Source: Escherichia phage MirsaeidiM_Esher4. From it: a stretch of DNA of 44,409 bases. The stretch lies in sequence record PQ579973.1, one strand, 5' to 3'. Position numbers and translations under genes: made by a program. The notes under the pieces are model-generated. The model did not search any database, had not been told where the DNA came from, and worked only from the letters and a program-made list of their open reading frames with translations. This document shows positions 9,049-17,111 of the stretch, piece by piece. How positions within the stretch are numbered: position 1 is the stretch's first letter; each line of letters begins with the position of its first letter.

Positions 9049-9561
9049 TTAACCCCGGTACACGTTAAACGAGAAACCATTGTTAAGACCACCACACAGT
9101 AACGGGCGTAATGCGTCGTCCGCAGCGGTAATAGCGGTTGTGGCGCCACTGTTGCCGTTGTTGAAGTAGGTCACTGTTACCGCACCCTCAACACGCTCAG
9201 TCTGCACGGAACGCCCATCTGAGTTAGCCCGCACCTCAGTACCCGCGCCATAGGTAACAGCAGCGATTACCTGCGCAAGAATCACCTGTTTCGGAATGGC
9301 GTTGTTGGCCACCGGGAACCCGTTTAACGTAACGCCGGTGCGGGGGTATGCAAGAGACTGTTCGGCGGATACTCGACGACCGCACATCTGCGGTTCTGCA
9401 AGCCCTACATAAGTAGCACCGTTGCGTAAGGCCACCTCTGCTGCGGTATCGTCTTCCGGCAACACAAGACCGTAATTAGCCGCTAACGCGCGGGCGTCGA
9501 CCAGTGAGATGTACGAATCGGCCCCTTCTATAATTTGACCTGTTTCTACGGTTAAGGACAC
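9049..9561 (-). CDS. Head-tail connector (gp6-like adaptor)
   Basis: N-terminal ISLVDARALAANYGL-type segment typical of gp6-like connector proteins; GTG start with AAGGGG RBS. Confidence 0.5.
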   Translation of the reverse strand: MSLTVETGQIIEGADSYISLVDARALAANYGLVLPEDDTAAEVALRNGATYVGLAEPQMCGRRVSAEQSLAYPRTGVTLNGFPVANNAIPKQVILAQVIAAVTYGAGTEVRANSDGRSVQTERVEGAVTVTYFNNGNSGATTAITAADDALRPLLCGGLNNGFSFNVYRG

Positions 9562-9564
9562 TTT

Positions 9565-10314
9565 TCACCCCTTCTTACAGTTATCAAAGTGCCACCTCTT
9601 TAGAAGAGATAGCGCCCCTTCGGTTCCGCAATGTGGGCATACCCCGCGCGGGCGTTTCATTCCAGTAAGTTTATCTGAAATTTTCTTGACAGTCTCGCCC
9701 TTTAACGTATGGCCCTTCTTAAAACTTCCGGAGTTAGGTTTTCTATTAACCTTGCCAACGATTCTATTTGGGTCCGCGAACTGGCATTTCTTGCAGCAAT
9801 ATTTACGCGCTCGTGATTTAAAACGGTAGGGGATCGGCTGGTCGCATGTTACACATCGTTGTGGGTTTGCCATGTAATGCTCTATTCTGGCTTTTCTACT
9901 TGCAGTTTCCCCAGTAGCAATTCCTTTATTCCACGCCTTTTGCCCTAGATGTGCTTGTCTGAGATTTTCTATACGTTTATCAGAAAATTTAACACCAGTA
10001 TTCAACCTGGACATCTCTATAGCCCAAGCCTCTTTCGCCAACTTAAAGGAATGTGAGTTAACTTTTGACCTTTGATTGTTTTTAGGGTTAATACACATAA
10101 CCCTCCAGGCGAAAGCTAGTTCTTTAGTCCCGTGTATCTTATAGAGAAGCCAATGCGCAATAAAATGCTGTCTAGCGCTCAAAGATACAATATTGTCAAA
10201 AGTATCTCCACCACCCATGCATTTCGGGACTATGTGATGTTTTTCGGTATACCCACTAAACGGATTGATTTTTGCGTTCGATATTAACTGTTCATAGATT
10301 TTGGCGTAGTTCAT
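9565..10314 (-). CDS. HNH homing endonuclease
   Basis: HNH motif EKHHIVPKCMGGGDTFDNIVSLSARQHFIAH; basic Cys-rich C-terminal repeats; AT-rich; inserted between connector and capsid-decoration genes; 270-bp non-coding gap follows. Confidence 0.85.
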   Translation of the reverse strand: MNYAKIYEQLISNAKINPFSGYTEKHHIVPKCMGGGDTFDNIVSLSARQHFIAHWLLYKIHGTKELAFAWRVMCINPKNNQRSKVNSHSFKLAKEAWAIEMSRLNTGVKFSDKRIENLRQAHLGQKAWNKGIATGETASRKARIEHYMANPQRCVTCDQPIPYRFKSRARKYCCKKCQFADPNRIVGKVNRKPNSGSFKKGHTLKGETVKKISDKLTGMKRPRGVCPHCGTEGALSLLKRWHFDNCKKG

Positions 10315-10585
10315 GATTCACCCTTTTCAATGGAGGATGGATTCATTATACCAACTACGCCAGATATTACTATTCCTCAGACTTACGGCGACGACGCTTA
10401 GCGCCACCGCCGTTGTTGTGCGCTTCTTCGTTGTCCGGTTGGGTCGCAACCAGTTCATCCGCTTCTACAACACCGCGAACCGGCATAACCTGCCCATCAA
10501 CAACATCAACGTGGGTGTACTTTTCGCGGATTACGTAATTATCTGCCATGACCTTTCCTTATTACGGCCCCGAAGGGCCGCCGTA

Positions 10586-10927
10586 TTAAGACACAGTTGC
10601 TACGGTGCTGCTGGAGATAATATTACCATACACATCGTGAACAACCACTTTATACGTACCGGAATCGGTAGTCGCGAGTGAAGTTTTCTCGTAGGTGGCG
10701 GCGTTAGCGCCAGGAATAGCGTTGTTATTCTTATACCACTGGTAAGAGTACGGCTCGAGTCCACCAGCTACAACTACGGTCAGAGTCATCGTCTGCCCAG
10801 TAGACTTGGTAGTGGTAGCGTCAAGCGCAGTAGAAAAAGACGCAGGTGCGATATTTGCCATATCGATTTTAGCACCTACGGTATCGGCGGACACACCGGT
10901 AACACGACGTTTGATTACATCAACCAT
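10586..10927 (-). CDS. Ig-like domain structural protein (capsid-associated)
   Basis: Ig-like signature YQWYKNNNAIPGANAATYEKTSLATTDSGTYKVVVHD; GAGGAG RBS. Confidence 0.55.
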   Translation of the reverse strand: MVDVIKRRVTGVSADTVGAKIDMANIAPASFSTALDATTTKSTGQTMTLTVVVAGGLEPYSYQWYKNNNAIPGANAATYEKTSLATTDSGTYKVVVHDVYGNIISSSTVATVS

Positions 10928-10938
10928 TTTTAATCTCC

Positions 10939-11310
10939 TCAGGATGCGATGATTTTAGCGGCACGAAGCTGCGCCAGAAGTTCGTTTAGTTTAGTGCCTA
11001 CCGCGTTAACCGCGGTCTGTGCGGACGTAGCGACCGCGGTGGACTCTTCACCGGTAACGGTCTGTGAGCCGACGTCTGTAACCGCAGTGCCCTGAACGAA
11101 CTTATTCCCGGCCATCGCGGTAGTCGAAGTTGTTCCGATCACAAGGCTTGACGTACCCGCACCAATAGCGGTACGTGCCGCCTCTTGGGTCGCCCCCGAG
11201 GCGATTACCGCGGGTTTGCCTGTTACTTCTTCCCATCCTACGCTGATATCCAGGTCGCCGAAGTCGACATTCTGAAGGCTGCGAGGCAAGCCTTTTCCGG
11301 TCTTAGCCAT
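10939..11310 (-). CDS. Putative head decoration or fibre protein
   Basis: Small Ala/Thr/Gly-rich protein directly downstream of major capsid gene; AAGAGGTAA RBS. Confidence 0.4.
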   Translation of the reverse strand: MAKTGKGLPRSLQNVDFGDLDISVGWEEVTGKPAVIASGATQEAARTAIGAGTSSLVIGTTSTTAMAGNKFVQGTAVTDVGSQTVTGEESTAVATSAQTAVNAVGTKLNELLAQLRAAKIIAS

Positions 11311-11369
11311 AATTTACCTCTTAGTAAATGAAAAGAGGGACCGAAGTCCCTCTCGATTATATCTTAACC

Positions 11370-12419
11370 TTAAGCCCCGACACCAGTTACCAGGAAGGCA
11401 ATCGGTACATGCTTACGGTCAACCACACGGTTCCAGTTGGAGGCGTTCGCCAGGTCCTGCCAGGAAGCGGAGCGGGCGACAGTCTCGGTGCCGTTGCCGG
11501 TGATTACCGCGCTGGTGAAGCTGTAGCCCAGTGGGTGCAGCAACCAGGTCTTACGGGTCCACAGGGTTTCAACGCCGCCACCATTGCCGCGGGACGCTTC
11601 ACGTTCGTATTCCAGCGGGTTGGACGGGTTGCCTTCACCATAACCGATGGCACCGTTGCCAAAGATGATGGAGATGAACTTACGGCTTGAGCCAATACCA
11701 ACTACAGTCATGCTGTCGTCAACAATCACACGGTAGCCCTGGTAGCTAGCAAACATGGTGTTGTTGTCAGCGTCGCGAATGAAGTCGATAAGCTGCTGCT
11801 TACGCGCCTGTGCATAAACGAAGCTGTGCATCGCGATAGCGCCCAGCACCTCACCACCGTTACCCATCAGAGCATCGCCCATAGTCTGAGTGGCGTCGAT
11901 GAACGCACCTGCGTCGAAGCCCAGAGTAGCGGACACGTCGATAACCATATCGTTCTGCGTATGGTAAGCATCGGTAGCAGCTACGTTGTCGTTGTACAGA
12001 CCGAGCGCGGTAGCAATCAGACGGCGTTGTGCCTGACGCTGCCAGAAGTTATCCAGACGGGACGCTACGGATTGCAGAGGGTTCTGGCTGGTCAGTTCGA
12101 CAGTCAGGTCCGCCTGACCGAAACCTTCGTTCAGGTACGCAACGCGGGCCATCATCTCGCCAGTCTGCACATTACGCGGGGTAGCGATGTCCTGATAAAC
12201 ATCGTTCGAGTAGTTAGGCTCGATAGAAGTATCAATCGCTTTCCAGAAAGGAATGTTGGCGACGTTGGACGGACCGCGAGCAATCTCGGCAGCGTACGGA
12301 GTCGGGGTCAGAATACCAGACTGGAAGAACGCGGTTTTTTCTACCGGGTCCTCGGTCATATAAGACGCCAGGACCGGGATGTTGCCAGTTACGATATCGC
12401 CGATAGTGGTAATTGCCAT
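11370..12419 (-). CDS. Major capsid protein
   Basis: 349-aa protein following scaffold gene; composition and position typical of HK97-fold major capsid proteins; GAGGAAA RBS. Confidence 0.8.
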   Translation of the reverse strand: MAITTIGDIVTGNIPVLASYMTEDPVEKTAFFQSGILTPTPYAAEIARGPSNVANIPFWKAIDTSIEPNYSNDVYQDIATPRNVQTGEMMARVAYLNEGFGQADLTVELTSQNPLQSVASRLDNFWQRQAQRRLIATALGLYNDNVAATDAYHTQNDMVIDVSATLGFDAGAFIDATQTMGDALMGNGGEVLGAIAMHSFVYAQARKQQLIDFIRDADNNTMFASYQGYRVIVDDSMTVVGIGSSRKFISIIFGNGAIGYGEGNPSNPLEYEREASRGNGGGVETLWTRKTWLLHPLGYSFTSAVITGNGTETVARSASWQDLANASNWNRVVDRKHVPIAFLVTGVGA

Positions 12420-12421
12420 TA

Positions 12422-13123
12422 TTATTTCCTCAGGGCTTTAAGTTGCCGTTCAAATTCGGCAGGGTTCGATTTATACAGGGCTAAACGCTCTGCTTCACTC
12501 ATGTCTTTAAACGCTGGTGCGGCCCCGCCGCCTTTGCTACCGGAAGCCCCGCCGCCGGAAGCTGCATTTGCTTTAATCAAATGCGAAAACGCTTTATGTT
12601 CGCGCAGGTATTTGCGGAACTGTTCCGGGTCAGTTGTGACTACGTTGCCATCCGCGCCGACAAACTTAGTAACCACATCATCACCTTCAAACTCAGTCTT
12701 AACGAACGGCGCGAGAATGTCTACTGCTTCCGGGGTAATGAAGTCACCAGCGAAAGAACCTAACACCGCTTTGCGTTCGCTGCCGAGGATGCGCTCTGCC
12801 ATTCTGGAGATGCGACCATCTTTCTCGGCTAACACCGGGTCATACTGGCTACGAATCGTCTTTTCGAACTCGTCCATCTTACCGGCGGCTTTCAGGGCCT
12901 CCTGGTGTGCACGCTGCCGCTCTTCTTCGGCCTCTTTTGCTTTACGAGCGGCTTCTTTCTTCTCGTTCAGCAATGCTTCCTGGTTAGCCTTAAGCCCGGC
13001 GACTTCTTTCTCAATCAGCGCCTGCACTTCTTCAGCTGTGTACATTTTAGGTGCGTCACCGCCGCCTGATTTATCTTCTGCTCCAGCTTCTTCCTGGAAC
13101 GGATAACGTAAAAAACGATTCAT
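12422..13123 (-). CDS. Scaffolding protein
   Basis: Highly charged coiled-coil protein (KEAARKAKEAEEERQRAHQEALKAAGK) upstream of capsid gene; start moved to ATG 13123. Confidence 0.65.
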   Translation of the reverse strand: MNRFLRYPFQEEAGAEDKSGGGDAPKMYTAEEVQALIEKEVAGLKANQEALLNEKKEAARKAKEAEEERQRAHQEALKAAGKMDEFEKTIRSQYDPVLAEKDGRISRMAERILGSERKAVLGSFAGDFITPEAVDILAPFVKTEFEGDDVVTKFVGADGNVVTTDPEQFRKYLREHKAFSHLIKANAASGGGASGSKGGGAAPAFKDMSEAERLALYKSNPAEFERQLKALRK

Positions 13124-13205
13124 AGTCAGTATGTCCCCTGGACGTTGGAACCCGGGCCACCCGGATTTACATGTCAAGAATAAATTATTCCAACATACAA
13201 GGCAA

Positions 13206-13469
13206 CTATTCCAGAATATTCCTCACGTAATCCTGCAACATGAACACTTTAAGTCTCAGTTGCCGTACACATTCTGCGTTCTGGACGTCAATAGCTAAAT
13301 CCTCGTCCGCGTCGCTACTTGGCGCCGCCAGTTTGCACGGCGGCTGCATCATCGTCGTATCCGGGGATGGAATTGGCGTTGGCGACGGCACGTGACTTGA
13401 GCTGCACGCGCTCAGGGTCAAAAGTGCACACGCTGCGACCAGGCGTTTTAATGTACTTAACGACTTCAC
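13206..13469 (-). CDS. Outer-membrane lipoprotein spanin (Rz1-like)
   Basis: Lipobox LTLSAC after short signal peptide; proline-rich mature region; overlaps 3' part of Rz-like gene in another frame; GTG start with AGAGGTAA RBS. Confidence 0.55.
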   Translation of the reverse strand: MKSLSTLKRLVAACALLTLSACSSSHVPSPTPIPSPDTTMMQPPCKLAAPSSDADEDLAIDVQNAECVRQLRLKVFMLQDYVRNILE

Positions 13470-13701
13470 GGGTGATTACCTCTGATTTCGTCTTGCCTTC
13501 GTTGTCAGCGGCGGCGGCCTTTGATTCGTCCTGCTGCTGCCGTTGTGTTTTCTTCGCTAACTCAGCCTGTGCTTTCTGCCGTTGCTGCGAAACGAGATTC
13601 GCCTGGCCTTCGTTCCAGCCGCTGCGATACTGGTAGATTCCGTAGCCGTATGTCAGGAGGATGAAACATGCCCCCGCTACGACAGTTGCTTTAAGATTCA
13701 T
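13315..13701 (-). CDS. Inner-membrane spanin (Rz-like)
   Basis: N-terminal transmembrane helix VVAGACFILLTYGYGIY followed by Gln/Ala/Lys-rich coiled coil; AAAGGGGAA RBS. Confidence 0.65.
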   Translation of the reverse strand: MNLKATVVAGACFILLTYGYGIYQYRSGWNEGQANLVSQQRQKAQAELAKKTQRQQQDESKAAAADNEGKTKSEVITREVVKYIKTPGRSVCTFDPERVQLKSRAVANANSIPGYDDDAAAVQTGGAK

Positions 13702-13724
13702 GTTTCCCCTTTCTCGATAAGTAA

Positions 13725-13748
13725 AGCCCCGCCTTAAAGCGGGGCGCT
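13725..13748 (-). terminator. Terminator-like hairpin at 3' end of module A
   Basis: GCCCCGC-CTTAAA-GCGGGGC stem-loop followed on minus strand by UUUACUUAUC. Confidence 0.4.
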
Positions 13749-13779
13749 AGTCCTTATCATTTAAACATAGAAACGGCGT

Positions 13780-13955
13780 AATCTCAGTAAACCAGTTACT
13801 TTTTACACAAGCAATAGAGTATGGCCCTTCCGAACGCGTCAGCGTAACTACACTCAGGACTTACGTCCCGCTCCGTTACCTGCCCGCGCCGCGGTCGCTT
13901 GTTCATACTTCACAAGCTCAGGTGGAGCTTAGCACATTTTTGGTGAAAAGTCAAC
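13780..13955 (-). promoter_or_regulatory. Paralogous non-coding module, copy A (promoter TTGACT-N17-TAAGCT plus conserved hairpins; candidate small RNA or antitermination element)
   Basis: About 80 percent identical to 24977..25151 apart from a variable hairpin; no conserved ORF in any frame; 16-bp perfect palindrome AACTATTCGAATAGTT (13953-13968) overlaps the -35. Confidence 0.5.
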
Positions 13956-14020
13956 TATTCGAATAGTTTATTCCAACATTTACAATTGAGTGGAATAACT
14001 GGAATAGTCACAGGCACTAA

Positions 14021-14040
14021 AAAGCCCCTTTCGGGGCTTC
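14021..14040 (-). terminator. Intrinsic terminator after decoration gene
   Basis: AGCCCC-TTTC-GGGGCT hairpin followed on minus strand by TTTTTAG. Confidence 0.55.
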
Positions 14041-14043
14041 AGT

Positions 14044-14505
14044 TTATTCTGGCTTAGTAACCTTCGCTGCTTTACTTACGGCCTCTATACCGTCGGCATC
14101 AGTGACTTTAACGAAGTATTCACCAACTGCGTTAACCGTCAGAGACAGAGCCTCTTCCGGGGCGTTTACCACTTCCTTCCCGTCTTTGTACCAGGTCAGC
14201 GCATATGGTGCTTTGCCCGCCTTAACTTCGACAGCGATATTTGCGCTGCCGTCTGCCAGTTCAGCGTCCTGCGGTTGTACGGAGAAATACACATCACCGG
14301 CATCCGCCAGGTACTGAATCTCATAAAGCATACCTGCCGCTGGCAGCGCAATACCGGTCTTGTCCGCAAACGGCATATCGTCCACTGGTGTTCCGAGTAC
14401 ACTTTCGTCTTCAATAAACACCACGTTCTCGCCAGAGCCAGACACGCGGGCGTACTGGACTACGCGACGTGACGGTACATCAGTTACTTTGAAAAAGCCC
14501 ATCAT
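14044..14505 (-). CDS. Ig-like domain protein (putative capsid decoration)
   Basis: Ig-like segment YALTWYKDGKEVVNAPEEALSLTVNAVGEYFVKVTDADG. Confidence 0.5.
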   Translation of the reverse strand: MMGFFKVTDVPSRRVVQYARVSGSGENVVFIEDESVLGTPVDDMPFADKTGIALPAAGMLYEIQYLADAGDVYFSVQPQDAELADGSANIAVEVKAGKAPYALTWYKDGKEVVNAPEEALSLTVNAVGEYFVKVTDADGIEAVSKAAKVTKPE

Positions 14506-15581
14506 TAATCCCCTTTCAGATAATCAGCAACACGTTTATCGAGTTCCGCCATCTGCTTAAGCGTGAGCGGATTCCCGAAACCATCTACAGATATTACGCG
14601 AAACTCTTCCGGCGATATACCGCTGTTACGGAAAATCTTACCTCGCACCGGGCCGAGCGCCTGGTCCTGAAACCACGCCGGTTGTTGTTTAAGGAACTCG
14701 TAGTAAGTGGTGTCTACGCTTACTTGCGTTCCGCCATCAGCACCTTTGGCAGCACGTTTTGCGCCTGCATCAAGGAAGTCGAACTCTGAGCTAATTACAG
14801 GTGCTGTGGTACTTCGACAATTCGGATGGGCCGGCGGCGTAGGGCCTTTACCGATTTCCCATGTCATGCCATCTCTGGCCTTGCATATCGTGCTGGTACG
14901 GCTGTCCAGTGTTGACACCCATTCGTATTTCTCGATGATGTCGCTGTTCTGCCGATAAGTCTCGTTGCGGGCTTCGTTAGATACGTGTGAAAGTGCGGTG
15001 CGGATTACGGTAGCGGCATTGCGCTCTGAGATGTCCGCCAGCCCGCCGGAGCCAACAACGCTCTTGATAATCTGCCGTGTTGTCTGGCCCTGTACAAACC
15101 CCATCTTAACGCCAGTTACTAGGCGCGACACTTCTGTTTCACCCCAGCCTTCCATAAGTTTCGTGAAATCTGCTGGCTTGTCGCTTAAAGCCAGCGGTTG
15201 GAACACAGCGGCGGACCACACCTGCTCAGCGGTAGGGGTAACAAATTCCGTGTTAACGTTAGCCGCGAGTGTCTTCACATTCCACTCGGCCTCGTACGCC
15301 GCCAGTTCCTTAAGGTCTTCTGTCAGCTTCGTTTGCCAGTCACCGGTTAACCCGGTCAGTGCTTCTTCTAGGTCGCGTAACAATTTATTCAGACGTGCTG
15401 TGCTTCGCCCGTCGTCGCCGAATAGCAGCACCTGCCGTTTGATTTCGTCCCGCATCTCCTTAATGAACGGCGCGAGGTCTTTCACCTCACCGGATGCGGT
15501 GCGTTGCAGCCATATCTGGTGGCTGATTAGCGATGTAAGTAAGCTCATAGATAAACCCTGTGGCGCTAAAGTTAATAGCAT
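14505..15581 (-). CDS. Head morphogenesis protein (minor head protein)
   Basis: Position directly downstream of portal gene; C-terminal Cys/His-containing region TSTICKARDGMTWEIGKGPTPPAHPNCRST typical of this family. Start may be ATG 15548 instead. Confidence 0.7.
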   Translation of the reverse strand: MLLTLAPQGLSMSLLTSLISHQIWLQRTASGEVKDLAPFIKEMRDEIKRQVLLFGDDGRSTARLNKLLRDLEEALTGLTGDWQTKLTEDLKELAAYEAEWNVKTLAANVNTEFVTPTAEQVWSAAVFQPLALSDKPADFTKLMEGWGETEVSRLVTGVKMGFVQGQTTRQIIKSVVGSGGLADISERNAATVIRTALSHVSNEARNETYRQNSDIIEKYEWVSTLDSRTSTICKARDGMTWEIGKGPTPPAHPNCRSTTAPVISSEFDFLDAGAKRAAKGADGGTQVSVDTTYYEFLKQQPAWFQDQALGPVRGKIFRNSGISPEEFRVISVDGFGNPLTLKQMAELDKRVADYLKGD

Positions 15582-15617
15582 ACTATAAGAAAGCCCCTTT
15601 CGGGGCTATATGCGGAC

Positions 15618-17099
15618 TTACTGCTGAGCGGCGTCTTGTTGCTGCGCCGACTGCGGAATCTCTCCTGCCACCTGAGCAACAGCACCTAACGGTAGGGGTG
15701 CGTCCTCGATGGCGTTCTGAATGTCCTCATCGGTCCAGTCTGTCACACCCGCCTTACGCAAAGCCGCGTAGTAAGCAGTGGCTGGTAGCAAACCGGCATT
15801 AATGTCCGCCATCCACTGCGCACGGTCTTGCGCGGTCATAGGCTGCAGGAAGAACTCCATATTCAGCTTGAACTCAATCTCTGTGCCTTCTCGCAACCCA
15901 AGCATCGCAGCCACCCAGCGCAACGCATCTGTATACGCCATGCTTACATTACGAGCGATTGTTGCCATAACTGACGTATCAGCGCCGCGTTGCAGGCGTG
16001 CCGATTCCGCGGTGATTTGCTGCGTCGGGGTAATAAGCTGTGCACCAATCCGGATGGCCTGATTCTCTTTATCCAACATATTCTGTTTGGCGAGGTTGTT
16101 CTCCCCCGCCTGAACCAGAAACGCATTGCCGCCGTAGCCGATGTTGTGGCCTGAACGCGACCCCATGCGCACTCCGTGAGGGTTAGCTTCTTTCCACTGA
16201 GCCATGCTCATGTTCTCACCTGGCGCAATGAACAAGGTTGGCTGGCCCACAACGAAGCTGGACTCCTCATTGTCTGCGCTGTTGCGGAAATGCCCTATAT
16301 TTAGCTCAGCCAACGGCAGCAAAGGTGCATCGTCAATGGTTGCATCGTTGTTGCTCGCCCCAATGAACGTGAACGGGATTTTACCGCGTAACTGTTCTCC
16401 AAGTTCCGGGAAGATTTCGATTACTTCGTCCTGCGCGCCACCTTCAGCATCAAAGCGGTAAATGCGCTGACGGTAACGGCCTTCGATCAGGTCAAGAACA
16501 CGGTATTGTTCACCGAACTTGGTTTCGAACTCTGCACCAGGTTCCGAGTATTCCCACACCTCACGCAATACAACCATCGTCACGCGGTTAACTGAACCAA
16601 TGCGGGTCAGTCGCCAGTTGATGATGTTCTCTGCAGTGTAGAATGCGATAACAGGGTTTAATAATCCTGCGTTCTGTTCTGCCGCCGTTGCCGCGGCTGT
16701 CTCCGGGGCGTCCACCAGCAAGCCCCCTCGACCCACCGAGTCAATCTCCATCAGCGTGTCCTGCGCGTGCTGCCACAGCCCGACACCGGAACCGTCCGCG
16801 TTACGTAACAGGTACTCCAGTTCAGGCGGGATAATCTGTTCAGGGTCTTTGCGCATCACGGACCCGACCATACCCGACAGGGTACGCTTGGTGAAATTGT
16901 AGCAGATAGCGCCGTTCTCGTATTCTTCCTGGCGCTGGGCTGCATAAGTTGGGTCCGGCTCGTTCTTCCCGACGTTTCGCAGATAGCGGATAAGGTCACC
17001 CTCCAGTGCGTGGCGCACCTTCTGCCATTTATCGAAGTGATGCAGCCATTCCCGGTGTTTTGTCTTAACACCCTGATTCTGACCGTTCATAGTTAACAT
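15618..17099 (-). CDS. Portal protein
   Basis: 493-aa protein directly downstream of large terminase; AAGAGGA RBS. Confidence 0.85.
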   Translation of the reverse strand: MLTMNGQNQGVKTKHREWLHHFDKWQKVRHALEGDLIRYLRNVGKNEPDPTYAAQRQEEYENGAICYNFTKRTLSGMVGSVMRKDPEQIIPPELEYLLRNADGSGVGLWQHAQDTLMEIDSVGRGGLLVDAPETAAATAAEQNAGLLNPVIAFYTAENIINWRLTRIGSVNRVTMVVLREVWEYSEPGAEFETKFGEQYRVLDLIEGRYRQRIYRFDAEGGAQDEVIEIFPELGEQLRGKIPFTFIGASNNDATIDDAPLLPLAELNIGHFRNSADNEESSFVVGQPTLFIAPGENMSMAQWKEANPHGVRMGSRSGHNIGYGGNAFLVQAGENNLAKQNMLDKENQAIRIGAQLITPTQQITAESARLQRGADTSVMATIARNVSMAYTDALRWVAAMLGLREGTEIEFKLNMEFFLQPMTAQDRAQWMADINAGLLPATAYYAALRKAGVTDWTDEDIQNAIEDAPLPLGAVAQVAGEIPQSAQQQDAAQQ

Positions 17100-17111
17100 T
17101 GAATAATCCTC

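Noticed and set aside
10369-10549. Apparent small minus-strand ORF with good RBS in the gap after the HNH gene
   Set aside because: On careful re-reading the frame hits a TGA after about 17 codons; the region is treated as non-coding.
10313-10681. 122-aa plus-strand track ORF
   Set aside because: Overlaps the Ig-like gene on the opposite strand and spans non-coding DNA; hydrophobic low-complexity translation; no RBS.
11826-13106. 426-aa plus-strand ORF covering the capsid and scaffold region
   Set aside because: Antisense to two well-supported structural genes; Ser/Ala/Arg-rich low-complexity translation typical of the reverse frame of coding DNA; no RBS or domain motifs.
14965-15588. 207-aa plus-strand ORF inside the head morphogenesis gene
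   Set aside because: Antisense low-complexity ORF.
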